Of a stretch of DNA of 64,000 bases, positions 1-12,866 are shown piece after piece. The DNA is from Octopus vulgaris. Its lineage: Eukaryota. Where the stretch lies: contig OX597830.1 in assembly GCA_951406725.2 (NCBI GenBank), forward strand, positions 38,626,001-38,690,000, in the 5' to 3' direction. Within the stretch, counting starts at the first letter, position 1; the number at the start of each line of letters is the position of its first letter. The notes beneath the pieces were generated by a model. It saw nothing but the letters and a program-made list of their open reading frames with translations. It was not told the origin of the DNA and did no database searches. Both the position numbers and the translations under genes were made by a program.

Positions 1-78
1 GGATACTTGCTGTAGCCTATTAGCAGGGTTCATGGCATCTCCGTCCACTTGCTGTAGCTCGATGTTAGGATTCCTTTC
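1..78 (+). mobile_element. 3' UTR fragment of R4/Dong-like LINE
   Basis: Closely matches 4035-4112 (ggatacttgctgta.cctattagca..gttcatggcatct...tgctgtagc.cgatgttagg), which directly follows the Dong-type ORF stop at 4034. Confidence 0.6.
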
Positions 79-337
79 GGAAAGGAACATAAATCCTTCT
101 CGCTTCATACTCTGCTGCGTTAATAATTATTTTACTTTGATCTTCCGCCATCGATTTCACTCGCGGCGAATCAGATAGAACAATTCAGATTCTTGGGGAT
201 AACTTCGGACATAGTTATCGTTGATTAGAGCTTATCATGTACTAAAGATGGAAAGGGGCATTAACAACAACATCATCATCAGAAAGTGTATTTACGTGAT
301 TATTTTATCTGCCCAAAATAACAGAGATACCAGCTTG

Positions 338-510
338 TATTCTTTTTGTATTCTTTTACTTGAGTTATTTGACTCAGTCCATACTGGAGGACCCAAGGAT
401 TTATTCTTTGTAAGCCCTGTACTTATACTATTGGTGCCACGCTGTGAGACTAAACCCAGGACCATGTTGTTAGGAAGCAGACTTCTTACCCCTCAGCCAC
501 GCTTGCGCCT
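338..510 (-). mobile_element. Internally deleted SINE, family A
   Basis: Reverse complement matches head and tail of the full copy at 45303-45716; the middle is missing. Confidence 0.65.
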
Positions 511-1604
511 ATTTTAAAAGATGAAATATTAACTACAAATGCAATTCAAGAAATAGGAAATGATAGATTAATCCCGGACGGAACGTATTTTCCCTTAGGT
601 TCACTCTAACATTGAAGTATTTTCGATAAATAACAAAAAACAATTAAATAGAAATATTTATAATATGCATATGTTTGTGATAAATATGGTAATTTGGTGC
701 ATTAATTCTGGTAATCTAATGTTCAGATGGATAACGTCATAAAAAATAAAATAATATAGATTATGTTTATTCTATAACACAAAACGAAGATTTATAATAA
801 CAGTAATGATCGTCAGAATTATGATGCACGTAGGAGGACGAGGAGTCGGAAGACGAGAGACATGTGATTGCGTAGTGAAACAATCTAATTTCACACACAT
901 TCCTTTTGTCTGCTATCCCCCTGCTCTTACTCTTCGCCACCGCCTCTCCTTTTCACTAGCAGCCGTAGCGGCATTTCCTTTGTCGAAAACTATGAGTATA
1001 TTTGTATACTTATTTTACTTTCCGCCAGACACAATGAATTAAAGTGTTTTCAATAAATAAGTGACAATCTATAGTAGAAATGCATAAGTTACTTAATGTA
1101 AATAAAGTAATATCTTCAATTTTATAATGAAAACTATCTATCTTACAAGTAGAAAACAATAAACAGACTGAAAGTGAGAAGCATTGTTGAAATCTCAGAC
1201 ATGTTGTAACACGAGTGGGTTTCTGTTATCAGGAAACTAAAAGAGTCTTACTGTCTCCTCAGTTATACTGGCAGGTTTATAAAGATGTTATCAAGGTAAA
1301 GCTACTGACTTTAATTCTGAACCTTACAAGTGTAAGATTTCTGAAACTTACACGCGCAAGCCCTTAAGTACAAGCGCAATTTAACTATACGTCTCTATAT
1401 GATCGTCAAAATTTATGTTGGAGATGACCAAAATATACTTAATAACATAAAGGCAAATAATTTTTTGAATTAATATTTTTCAAAATTTCAAACAATCAAC
1501 ATAAGCATTTTATTTTTTTCATTTCGATTATTGCAATCTTACGCGTGCCTGCCTACATACATATATAGGTGTATAAGTATGTGTGCATAAATATGCATAA
1601 ATGG

Positions 1605-1755
1605 GACATTACCTGATGGGAAAATGCAAAAGCCGAATCGACCACATCATAATAAAAAAAAATGGCGACGATCCCTACGTCATGTGCGAGTGATCCGATT
1701 GTAGACGTCGGCAGTGATCACTACTTACTCAGCAAAACGCAGACTCAAACTAAAC
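1605..1755 (+). mobile_element. RTE-clade LINE, APE endonuclease C-terminal fragment
   Basis: Frameshifted translation PDGK..RIDHIIIKKKWRRSLRHVRVIR.VDVGSDHYLL fits the RTE APE motif IDH...DVGSDH; a similar segment recurs at about 2549-2600. Confidence 0.7.
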
Positions 1756-1987
1756 AAATATTTCGTATAGCAAATGCAGTTTTGTGCAAATGAAAATGAT
1801 TACTCAGTTCCTGATATATTGACCTTTGATTATCAATATTAAGCTTCTTACTCGGCTAATGTAGAGCATATATACGGCTAAAGCATATGTATATATATTG
1901 AGTTCCACCAAGTGGTGATTGGCATAGGTAACCTTTAAAAATTAAACTCTTTCTCTATATATAATATATGAATCTATCCATCCATAC

Positions 1988-2028
<41 letters not shown>

Positions 2029-2070
2029 TACATACATATGCATATATACATGCACACACACATACGCACA

Positions 2071-2140
<70 letters not shown>

Positions 2141-2141
<1 letters not shown>

Positions 2142-3465
2142 CTCCGCCTATGCCGGTCCCAAGCCCGGATAAAAGAGGAGGAGAGTTCGGCATAGGACTA
2201 GCCCCATCATCCTGTAAACAAGTATGACAGTCACAAGCTGCTGAAAAGATTACAAGAAATAATGATATAAAAGCAAAAACACAAAACCAAAACCCCTTTT
2301 ATTTGGGCGAAGGAAAGAGGATTTTATGACGATTGGAGATCAAAGCCGAAAGTAAGCATCAAACTCGATGCCTGGCTTCCTGTCTACCTCCCCCACCCCA
2401 AAAACCCTGTAGTTTTGGATGCTGGAACATCAGAACGCTCTTTGAATGAGAAAAATTAGCACAGGTACTACGTGAAAGGAACGAGTATTACCTGAACCTA
2501 CCTGGAATAACTGAAGCAAGATGCATCAATTATGGAAAGCAGAAAACCAGACGTCGGCAGTGATTGCTACTTACTCAGCAAAGCGCAAACTCTAACTAAA
2601 CATATTATGAAGATGGACCACTAGCAATCAACGTTTTCATGTGACTAAATTGAATAATTATGCAATCAAGAAGCAGTTTCAAATAAAAGTCCAGAATTGT
2701 TTCGGTGCTTTAGAAACCAGTTAGAATATAATAATTAACAATTTCAACCATTTCCTTATACACACAGCTAAAGAAATTATTAGAAATATAAAAAGAAAAT
2801 CGAAAATCTGAACGGAAAGCAATGACACGTGGAAATCATAGATGAAAGGAAAGAAATAAGGAAGAAACTTCGCAGTTCTACATCAAACAAACAAATAGAA
2901 AGATATATGATGCAATATCTGAATGAAAATAAGGCAGTAAAGAAATCTGTTCGGAATGACAAACGTAGATACACAAAGCGATTGGCTGAAGAAGCCGAAG
3001 AGCTGAATTAGCTGACAAACTTAAAGATTTAAGATCAATGTACAAAATAATGAAAAGATTGCGTAGTGGAGATTAATTAAGATACTACGATCAACCTATA
3101 CAAGATACAGATGGAATCAAAATATCTGATTAAAAAAACAAAATTAGAATGGTGGTAGAACCACATTCAAACTATCCTTAATCGCGCAAAGCCCATAATC
3201 TGTACCAAAATAAAAGAAGCGTGGAAGGAGTTGGAAATTAACACCAAACTTATTTTCATTGGCAGTGAATTGGTTGATGGAAAGAACGACAGTAGAATTT
3301 AAGCAAGGTATAGAATGGAGCATAACTCAACTAACAGATTTAGATTATGTAGACGTCATTTGTTTATTTTCATACACGCCTTAAGAGTTACACGACAAAT
3401 CTGAAAGTCTTAGTCAAATAGCCAACACCAAAGGTCTCAAAATCAACAAGAGGAAAACGTACACT
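2141..3465 (+). mobile_element. Degenerate, internally deleted RTE-clade LINE (5' region, APE, linker, RT)
   Basis: RTE-type 5' sequence ccggtcccaagcccggataaa; FGCWNIRTL..EKLAQVLRE..GITEAR (APE start); KAVKKSVRNDKRRYTKRLAEEAEE (linker); DLDYVDVICLFS..GLKINKRKT (RT core); many stops. Confidence 0.75.
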
Positions 3466-3484
3466 CTCTGTAAAAATTTAACAG

Positions 3485-4112
3485 ATGCTGACCATGTGAC
3501 TTTGATAGAGAATAGAAAGCCAGACATACTTTAATTGAGAAAGAAGGCAAACGATGTTGGATCATAGATATAGCATTCTCAGCTGACAAGGTATGCAATA
3601 AGGAGAGCAATCCACTGAGAGCTATGTAGAAAGCTAGGATATGAACCTAGTAAATGAACGTAGTAAAGTACTAGAAAGTAAGAAATACAAGATGTTGTGG
3701 GACTCTAACATTCCGACTGACAGAATAATAGAAGCTAAAATGTTTCAAACTGAATACAAAGTGCCAGATATTTGATTTTGCAGTCCCAAATGCTGAAAAA
3801 GATTTGAGAGGTATAGAAAAGATAGAAAAGTGCCAAGGCCTAGCTACTGGATTACAGATACTATGGAAAGTGCGGGTAAAATATACCGCAGTAGTTATAG
3901 GTGCACTGGGAACTCTCTCTAAACTTTTGAACAGATATACAGAGGAAATAGGTATAAAATCCAGTTTAATACATGTCCAGAAAACGGTATTATTATGGAC
4001 AGCTAGGATACTAAGGAAGGTTCTTGGCATCTAAGGATACTTGCTGTAACCTATTAGCATAGTTCATGGCATCTAAGGCTACATGCTGTAGCCCGATGTT
4101 AGGGTTCTTTTC
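3485..4112 (+). mobile_element. R4/Dong-clade LINE 3' end (restriction-like endonuclease and 3' UTR), two partial pieces
   Basis: IENRKPDIL.IEKEGKRCWIIDIA; KMLWDSNIPTDRIIEA; EKIEKCQGLA..LWKV..VVIGALG..QKTVLLWTARILRKVL*; followed by (TAA)n at about 4148-4214. Confidence 0.8.
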
Positions 4113-4147
4113 TTTTACAAAGGTCTATTGAGTATATATGAAAATAC

Positions 4148-4214
<67 letters not shown>

Positions 4215-4336
4215 TATATGCATTACAAGACGAATGCTCTTCTCACCCAGAGAAGAGAGAAAAAAATTATGCTTAGAAATGAATATCTCCTTCCCTCTCT
4301 CTGAGCAGGACTCTCCTCTGCCTCTACCACAGTATA

Positions 4337-4377
<41 letters not shown>

Positions 4378-4382
4378 AACAG

Positions 4383-4424
<42 letters not shown>

Positions 4425-5849
4425 TACATACATTTATATACATTTATATATATTATATGCACACAAATTACGAATCAGTTTAAGTGTTTACCAGCTAAAC
4501 TATAAAATAAGTGATACTCTCTATATATTATAGACAGAAAATATATAACATTGTGTTATGATTAGCTTATCTATTCGAGTATCATAGGCATAAAGAAGAA
4601 TTGATAATTTTATTCATCTTGTATTAGCATGTGTTCGAGTATCTGCTTTCTACAACTATAGATATAGAAGGAATCAATAACGTAATCGATACCATTGAAA
4701 TATGTAAAGCGTATCAGGAATAGCTTTCAAAATGGTCCCAATATCTTTCATAAAAGGTGTAATTTGCATGGGCTCTGCTAGTCTATATAATTCATTTGTA
4801 TTTAAAACGGGACTTAGTCATATATAACGTTTTGATTTATGAAATATGTTATCACCAATAATTCCTACTTATACATACCGTATAAATGTAAAATGACTTT
4901 TACTTCGAATCTTACTGTCCAGAATTTAAAGTGCCAACTGACAACTTTTAATATAAAACGCTGTTCGTAAATGGCTGGTTTGCACCAGTGAGTTAAATCT
5001 AGAATGCATGTTTCTGCTCTTATATGATATATATGAACAGTGCAAACAGACGGTAATATTTATTACATTATTTTCTCTGCATTCTTTTCATATTCCGATT
5101 CGTTGCTAGCATGTTCGCATTACTTATACTCCATCCCCAATCAATGTTTTTTTTTTTTTACTTTAGCATAGTAAATAATATTCTACATTTTGTTTATGAT
5201 GTTTTCATTAGTATTTCTGGTTATACATTCAAGTCTAAGTTTCGGAGATGATTTGAAAATCACAGAAATATGTCTCCCCTACCTGCTGAAATAATAGAAA
5301 ACATACTAGTTATTGCAACTTTTCGTTTCAAAAATATTTAATGTGTATCTAAACTTTTTTTTTACTGCTATCTTAATTAAATATGTTAGTAACAGCCGAC
5401 ATGCGATGGTGATATTTTTTAACGCAGTGCGTATTTTCTGTAAGCTATTCCTGCCAAACCTGATTTTAAGAAGCTTTAGTAGTTCTTGTTTCATATTATA
5501 TCTCATAAGCTGGATTATAGATTTTATATATATTATGAACATTTTAGATATCTATGTTTTGTGAGAGCATCATTTTTTTTTTCTTTTTTTGACATCGTTA
5601 ACCCATGTGTCAGATCAGTTGCATTTATTGAAATACCGGATTACGAATACTGTTTAAAGTATATGAAACGTACAGATAAATATAGTTTTAGTTTTAAGAG
5701 TTAACATCTTATAGTGTTTTATCATCTATTCATGACTTCATGTAAATACTAATTTTAACTTTAAACAATAACACACAGCTATCTATAAGCTTTACTAAGT
5801 TGATAACGCATAAAAGTTCAAGAGCATGTGACATAAGTTGAATATATAT

Positions 5850-7860
5850 TCATGGACTTCTGTATGTTTCTACTTTTCTATTTATGCTCCAGACGTAGTA
5901 TGACGATACGCCATCGTAAGATGCAAGAACAAAATACTGCAAAACACTTGGAACAACGATGAAACTAATCAGGCAACCTATTTCATAATTGACAAAGGTG
6001 AAAATTTAACATACTGAATCATGAAAGTGAATATTTATGTCTATTTCGGCGAATGAGATTAACAAAATACAAACCACATTATGTGTGCTTAAAATATCTG
6101 AAATTAGTAAGTAATTGCCGTCAGAAACTGCCTAAATGAAGAATACAGTATATGTAAGAGCATCATAATCAAGACAAAAATGCAAAGATTTTGTTAGATC
6201 TTAACTTACTTTCTAAACTAAAAGGATACATACATGTGGTAATTTTTCCTTCTATATACTGTGTACCAGTCTTGAATGTGACATGTGGACCATATATTGG
6301 AAAAATCAAAAGCGCCTACACTGGCACGATTGTCTGCCGTGACATATTATTCTGCATTAGGTTTCAAGTTTTTAGAATCCTTATAGCGATGTTCACTTGT
6401 TTCGGTTATGTCAGGCATAAAGTTTCAAAAGTCTATTAACAATATAATGGTGTTATATTTCATTATGAAATCCAATGACACCCATTTTGAAACACTGGTA
6501 ATTTAGTATATATTATTAGTCCACTCGTCAGGTTTAAAGCAGAATATGTACTGTAAAGAATTCAGCTATTAAATCGATGTTCATGCGCTAATTTGTTAGA
6601 TTGTGCCCCCAGTGTTTGTTAAGGCTTCCAATGTTTAACGTTTGTACAATTTGGAAAGGGTTAAGTGATGGGAAGACGCTAATCTCCAATAAAAGTTACA
6701 ATTAGATGTTATATTGGCGAAATCATTAGAACGTCGGGTAGAATAATTACTGGCACTTGTTGGGATATTTTCTTTTCAGAGTTCGAAATCTGCTGAGTGC
6801 AAAGTTGCTCTCAATTCTTTCAATGCTGAGAATCAAAGAACCAAACTATGATGATGAATTAGCTGAACAGATCGGATACCGTATTTCCCCACGTCTTTAA
6901 ACTGAGTTCAAATCCTGCCATGACATACTTGATTGATTTATTCCATCTCCCGGTGTGAATCCAGCAACTGGTAACTTCAGCGACTCTATCGCTGTCCACT
7001 CTACTATAAAACTTCGAGTAAAGTTTCCGGTGTGGAGATTATTTCCTGCATCAGCCTCGGATCACTTTCTACGGGACATGGACGCTGATTTGCTTTTCAC
7101 TGGAAAATAATATAATATACTCAGTTCACGTCTAATAATTTCAAAATAACACATGGACGTACAAGAAATAGTTCTATTATAAATAGGAATGCCGTGGTGG
7201 AGTCATTTGATTACGTCTCTTGCATGTTCAGCAGAAACTGGCAGATAATCTTTCATTCACTTTAATCAGATTGAGAAAGATTTTCGTTTCCTTTTAGTCG
7301 ACAAACACAAAACGGTATTATAAATGATAACTGTTCGGATGCTTTGATGTCCAGGAGTTTCTCGCTGATAAAGCTGCTTAAATGAAGATTAATTCAAGCA
7401 CAAAGTCAAAGACTATAGCACCAGATCACCTAATTGCGATTAATATTTTCTCTCATGCACAAACAAGCACAAACATGTATGCATTCACACGCACACAGAA
7501 ACACGCACAACACATTCTGTATATATATATCTATATGTGTGTGTATTAATACATACACATTAACAATTTTAACAAAAGGATTTGTCCATACTGGAGCACC
7601 ATCTTAGTGCGATTAACTTTCATTTCGCACGTAGTTCACGGGTTTCCTCGGGAACTGTTTCTGTTGAAATAGTTAGTTGGACAGAGCTGGTAGCTCTATG
7701 TGAGTTCCTGCCATGATTTGGTTCTGCCCTGAAATATCTGAATGGCCATGATATAACCACTGATTATAGGTGTCTTACCCAGAACCAATTGATTTGTAAT
7801 GTCCAACAACGTGAGTGAGGGATGTAAAGCGACAAGTACACTAACGAATAACCTTTATTA
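5850..7860 (-). mobile_element. Possible highly decayed Ty3/Gypsy LTR retrotransposon relic
   Basis: Minus-strand order: LTR-end-like aataaa...ttaca (about 7795-7860), protease-like ALTNTGAQS (about 6600-6630), RT-like HFCLDYDAL (about 6155-6185) and RHK..FTFMIQYVKF (about 6000-6045); interrupted by SINEs; motifs weak. Confidence 0.35.
6715..6930 (+). mobile_element. Two degraded SINE family B heads
   Basis: tggcgaaatcattagaacgtcggg..gagttcgaa and ggtatttc-like..ctgagttcaaatcctgcc resemble the family B copy at 27633. Confidence 0.45.
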
Positions 7861-8228
7861 AACATATAATCACAAAGCATACACTCTCAAAACGCTTCCA
7901 TACACATAACTAAGTACATATAAGCACACTCACATACATTCACATACGCTTGCAACAAATTCAAACAATTAGGTATAAAATGATTCCTTGCATAATCACG
8001 ATAAATAACTCTTTTAAATAAACATACATATACGTGTGCATGCGTGTACATATGAGAGGCATGGGTATATATTATACATGCATACATACACACACATACA
8101 CACATATATATGTATCTCTGTGTGCGCTCAAGTCTCTATGTGCATATGTCTCTGTGTCTGCGCGTGTGTCTGTGTGTGAGTGTGTGTCTGTGTGTGATTG
8201 AGTGAACTTTTATTATGCTTCTACAAGA

Positions 8229-8267
<39 letters not shown>

Positions 8268-8282
8268 CCAGTCTGTGCCTAT

Positions 8283-8370
8283 TGTAGAAGACAACTGCCC
8301 AAGGTGCCGGACAGTGGATCTGAACCGGAAGCTATGTGCTTGTGAAGACAGCTGCATACCACACAACGAC
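8283..8370 (-). mobile_element. SINE family A head fragment
   Basis: gtagaagacaactgcccaaggtgccg..cagtgg..ctgaaccgga matches the reverse complement of the family A head. Confidence 0.55.
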
Positions 8371-9658
8371 ACAACGAATTGTTGTAATTATCACAGAGTC
8401 TCTCCGAATTATTCTGATCGCATGTGTTTCTGTGGAGTAGACTTTGTGTCTTCATTGTTGGATTAGGCGTAAACTATGGATAAACTTCCTTGTTGAGGTA
8501 CAAAGCCTGAAGTTCATGAAGTTGTATCTTATTCCATTTTCTACGTGAGACTCCTTTTGCACGCAGTTTCAAATAACTGCCATAAACACTCTGAGATTTG
8601 GGGCCTGGTGTCATATATTGGGCTCATATTTTCACTTTAACCACAGTACAGGCAGGTCAAATACCTCCATCATTAAGCAGCTTGGATCTCAAGTTCTACA
8701 TTTCTTCACCGATGTTATTTTCGGTACGCAATGTATACTATGAATATTTCGACTACGCAAAAAAAAATGAAAAATGAACGAGTTGACTTGGTTAAGTGGT
8801 CAAGTGCAATTTGTATAGATGCCTAACTGTTTAAGTCTGGATGTGGTTAATTTATTGCTGATTTGAATCTACGGGAAATAAACGACTCGCTGGAGATAAT
8901 GAAAAACAGTCAATGCTGAATGCTTCAACAACACAACGTATACTTAGACTTATGTCAAACGTTCCAATTAGAAAAATTAAATTTTGAGATGTTTCTATTG
9001 ACTAATGGGATGACATAAATAAATGAAATATATCAATCTCAATTATACTATGAAAAAGATAGTTATAAATATTAATCGATAAGTCTCATGTTTGACTTCG
9101 GGTTATTTATAATTGCTTTAATTTTAAAGATAATTTAGTTCCGATAACATTCTTTTTTTTAAAATATTACATTGTATTTCTTTGCAATTATTTTAATTCT
9201 TTTATACTTAGCACAAATATTTGGTAGCCTTCTAATATTCTATACGTTGCTTCAAGGAAAAAACGAAATGATTTTTATTCTTTTTTTAAGTAATGTCACT
9301 AAATGTAAAGCTATAGCGTTTCATTCTGACAGTTTGACTGACGCCTTCTTAAATTATCGCTTCTCAGAGTTGTCTATATCCTGTTCCTTCGGGATGAATA
9401 GCCTGTCAATATTTTCACACTTCTACTTACGACTAATCTGTCTGAAAAAATACAACTCACGGCAAATATCTATATGATACTTGTATTTTTGTTAATCTAT
9501 ATGCGAGGATTTTATTTCAATCTCTCCATTCGCGGTAGCCATCATTATGATTAGTTATGATAAATTAATTGCTCTAAAGAAGCTGAAATAGATACGCGCG
9601 TGCACACACACGCACACATATTCCAACCCCCCCCCCCCCAGAAACACGCACAATACGA

Positions 9659-9715
<57 letters not shown>

Positions 9716-9980
9716 GTGAAATATTTTTGCCACTTAAATGTGGCTAACCCCTAAGGGTGGATGCTACTGTAGCTTGTAACCCCAGGAGGACACCTCCTCC
9801 AGCTGGCTATTGACAAACTTTTTGTGCCCTATCAGTATTTGCAAAGGGAAGCCATCCTTCCCGTCTTCATACAGAAAGTGTGTCAATAGCCAGCTGGAGG
9901 ATGTGTCCTCCTGGGACTACACGCTACAGTAGCATCCACCCTTATGGGTTAGCCACATTTAAGTGGCAAAAATACTTCAC
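9716..9980. repeat. Fold-back element: 110-bp inverted arms with a 45-bp loop, embedded in (TA)n
   Basis: 9716-9825 is the reverse complement of 9871-9980 with 8 mismatches by eye; a related single arm lies at about 26489-26577. Confidence 0.9.
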
Positions 9981-10022
9981 TATGTGTTGCAGCTACTGTT
10001 AATACCTCGCTCAGAGAATTTT

Positions 10023-10291
<269 letters not shown>

Positions 10292-10727
10292 AGACCTCAC
10301 TTTCCTTGGATCTGTAAATATATATGTGTGGGTGCAGGTATGTATGTGTATTCACATATAGTAATTGTATATATATATATGTATATATATATATGTATTT
10401 GTAACTTTGTGTATATGTCTAGTAGTATTCCGATTAAATCACATACACCGTTTGGGCTACCTAATATCATCCTTAGTTACGGTATAACTTCTACTGGAAC
10501 TACATAAGGAATTCCACAGATGTTCATTTAGTTTATAATTCATAGGGGAAACAGAAATGAATTTGATACTAGTCTTTATATAGCTCGAAGGTCGTTTCGA
10601 CCCATCCTGCAGCTGTCCCTTACTGGTAGGATATTGTGCGTCTAGTTTTGTTCCATCAAACAGTGCAATCTGTGTCACCTCAGGTGTTTCGTATAAAGAG
10701 ATATCCTTCTACACACACTGAGTTCTT

Positions 10728-10840
10728 CCAGGCATGTTGTACTCTTTCGTATTATGTGGGTACCCACATGTTGTATTCCCTCATAGTATGTGGGTACACA
10801 GGCATGTTGCCCTCTCCAATAATATGTGGGTACCCACACA
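10728..10840. repeat. Three roughly 35-bp tandem units with a palindromic core atgtgggtacccacat
   Basis: Cores at 10754, 10788 (partial) and 10824. Confidence 0.75.
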
Positions 10841-11165
10841 CTACGCGAGCTACAGGGACGGTAGAAACGAGCGTCCGGTTGAATATATATACATACCGAA
10901 TCTATTTGCAGTAAACCTCATACACACGATACCGTCATACATACAAACAACTCCTGTCCACTCTCCTACCAGACAGATTAAATTTGGAGTGCCTTGATAT
11001 AACGAAACACATTTACTCATTGGGTGCAAAATATGTCACCAGCGCGCAGATGGAGCGGGAAATGTACAAAAGGTTATAAACTTAATCATATGTTTATTCT
11101 CTACAAACACATGGCAGAAAACATTCAGTGTATTGAGTGTTTGGACATGTTCAATCAACCGTACA

Positions 11166-11282
11166 TATTCTATCAGATCTTTTGTCGAACCGCTAAGTAA
11201 CGGGAATATAAACACACCAACATCGGTTGTCAAGCGATGTTGGTGGGGGGAGGGACAAACACACATCCGCACACACAAACAT

Positions 11283-11313
<31 letters not shown>

Positions 11314-11470
11314 TATATATGTATATATATATATATATACAACGGAATTTTTTCAGTGTCCGTCTACCGAGGCCCGAGGCTATAGAAGAAGACACTTGCC
11401 GAAAGTGCCACGCAGTGGGATTGAACCCGGAACCATGCGATTGGTATGCAAGCTACTTACCACACAGCCA
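11166..11470 (-). mobile_element. SINE family A (partial)
   Basis: Reverse complement of the family A body and head, including the internal (CA)/(TA) microsatellite. Confidence 0.8.
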
Positions 11471-11883
11471 TTTTTTGCCAAATAAAACACGCACTGTATA
11501 TATTTCTTCTTTACTCTTTTATTAATGTTGCTATTTATTTATATTTGCCCATTGTCCGGAAATCGTTCATCACACACCCGTCACCTCTTCACCTACACTT
11601 TTCGTTTTCGTGTATGCTGTTGCTGGTGCAGTTCCTGCACCTCTCTGTTTGTGTGTACACCCACAGTGTTGCAATCGTGGTAATTGCTGTTGTTGTTGTT
11701 ATTGCCATCGCTGTCACCGCTACTGCTGCTGTCGTTGTTATTCGTGTTGTTGATATCGTTTGGCTGTCCGCGAAAAAGTCTCTTATGTGTGTGTTTGTGT
11801 ATGGATTTGCTTCGTCTGCTGTGTGTATCCATGGGCTTTATAAGGATTTATATATTTATTGATTAGCGTTTATACACACACAT

Positions 11884-11953
<70 letters not shown>

Positions 11954-11958
<5 letters not shown>

Positions 11959-12723
11959 AGTATAGGATTATCTAAGATGGACTGTTCGCTGTTTGTTGTT
12001 AATTGCTCTTCAGAGAATATAAAGGGATTTGAGGAAAAATGTGAAATCGTATGTCTGTAATATGAAGAGAAAAAATGACGATGATGAGATAATGTATATA
12101 TATGTATATATATGTATATATATATATATATATATAGGTATTTATACAGAAGTATTTATATTCAAGCCTTACTATGGGGAGCTAACAAATTAAGTATGAA
12201 ATCAAATATATTACTACGCTGAAAAAACACACTTGGAAACGGAGTGGTTGTGAGGGCTTTTGTATACTGTTGAGGCTTTTTAAATTTTATTAACGACCTG
12301 TCAGTCTATATACCCAAAGATATCCCCTGTCTATGTGTCCAAGTTCCGATCTATGATCAATTGGACTCTCTCTACTGCATAAGCGACGCATAAATCAGGC
12401 CTACACATCAGTGGATAGACTAAATTGCGTATGCATGTTTTGAATGAATTGTCCCTATTTAAACAGCAATTCTTTGTGCACATACCAGTGTAAATCAGGA
12501 CATCTGAACCATTTTTAAATATTACGAAGACAGCGTCATTGAAGGCGAATGGATAATGTAAACACAGGCAATCTGTGGTATTAATGTGCCGTGTAAAGAG
12601 GATAGGATTATCTAAGATGGACTGCTCGCTGATTGCTCTTCAGAGAATATAAAGGGATTTGAGGAAACATGTGAAATCGTATGTCCGTAATATGAAGAGA
12701 AAGAAATGACGATGTTAAGATAA
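11954..12723. repeat. Direct repeat of about 135 bp (11954-12092 and 12594-12723), 640-bp period
   Basis: taaagag.ataggattatctaagatggactg.tcgctg...gctcttcagagaatataaagggatttgaggaaa...gataa occurs twice, with a few substitutions and one indel. Confidence 0.9.
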
Positions 12724-12814
12724 ATAAAATGTAGCAATGCGCGATGACAGGAAGAGTTTGATATCATTTTGTGTCTAGTGTTCGCTTATACATGTATATT
12801 TAAATGTATGTATG

Positions 12815-12866
<52 letters not shown>

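Noticed and set aside
1205-1268. Minus-strand CTGAGGA...GAAAC hammerhead-like boxes
   Set aside because: No stem II closure and no valid NUH triplet
8380-8720. Coding-like minus-strand segment (EEM*NLRSKLLNDG), possibly PLE RT C-terminus
   Set aside because: Stops in all frames and insufficient motif match
10728-10840. CRISPR-like spaced palindromic repeats
   Set aside because: Eukaryotic context, only three units, spacers related to each other, no cas genes
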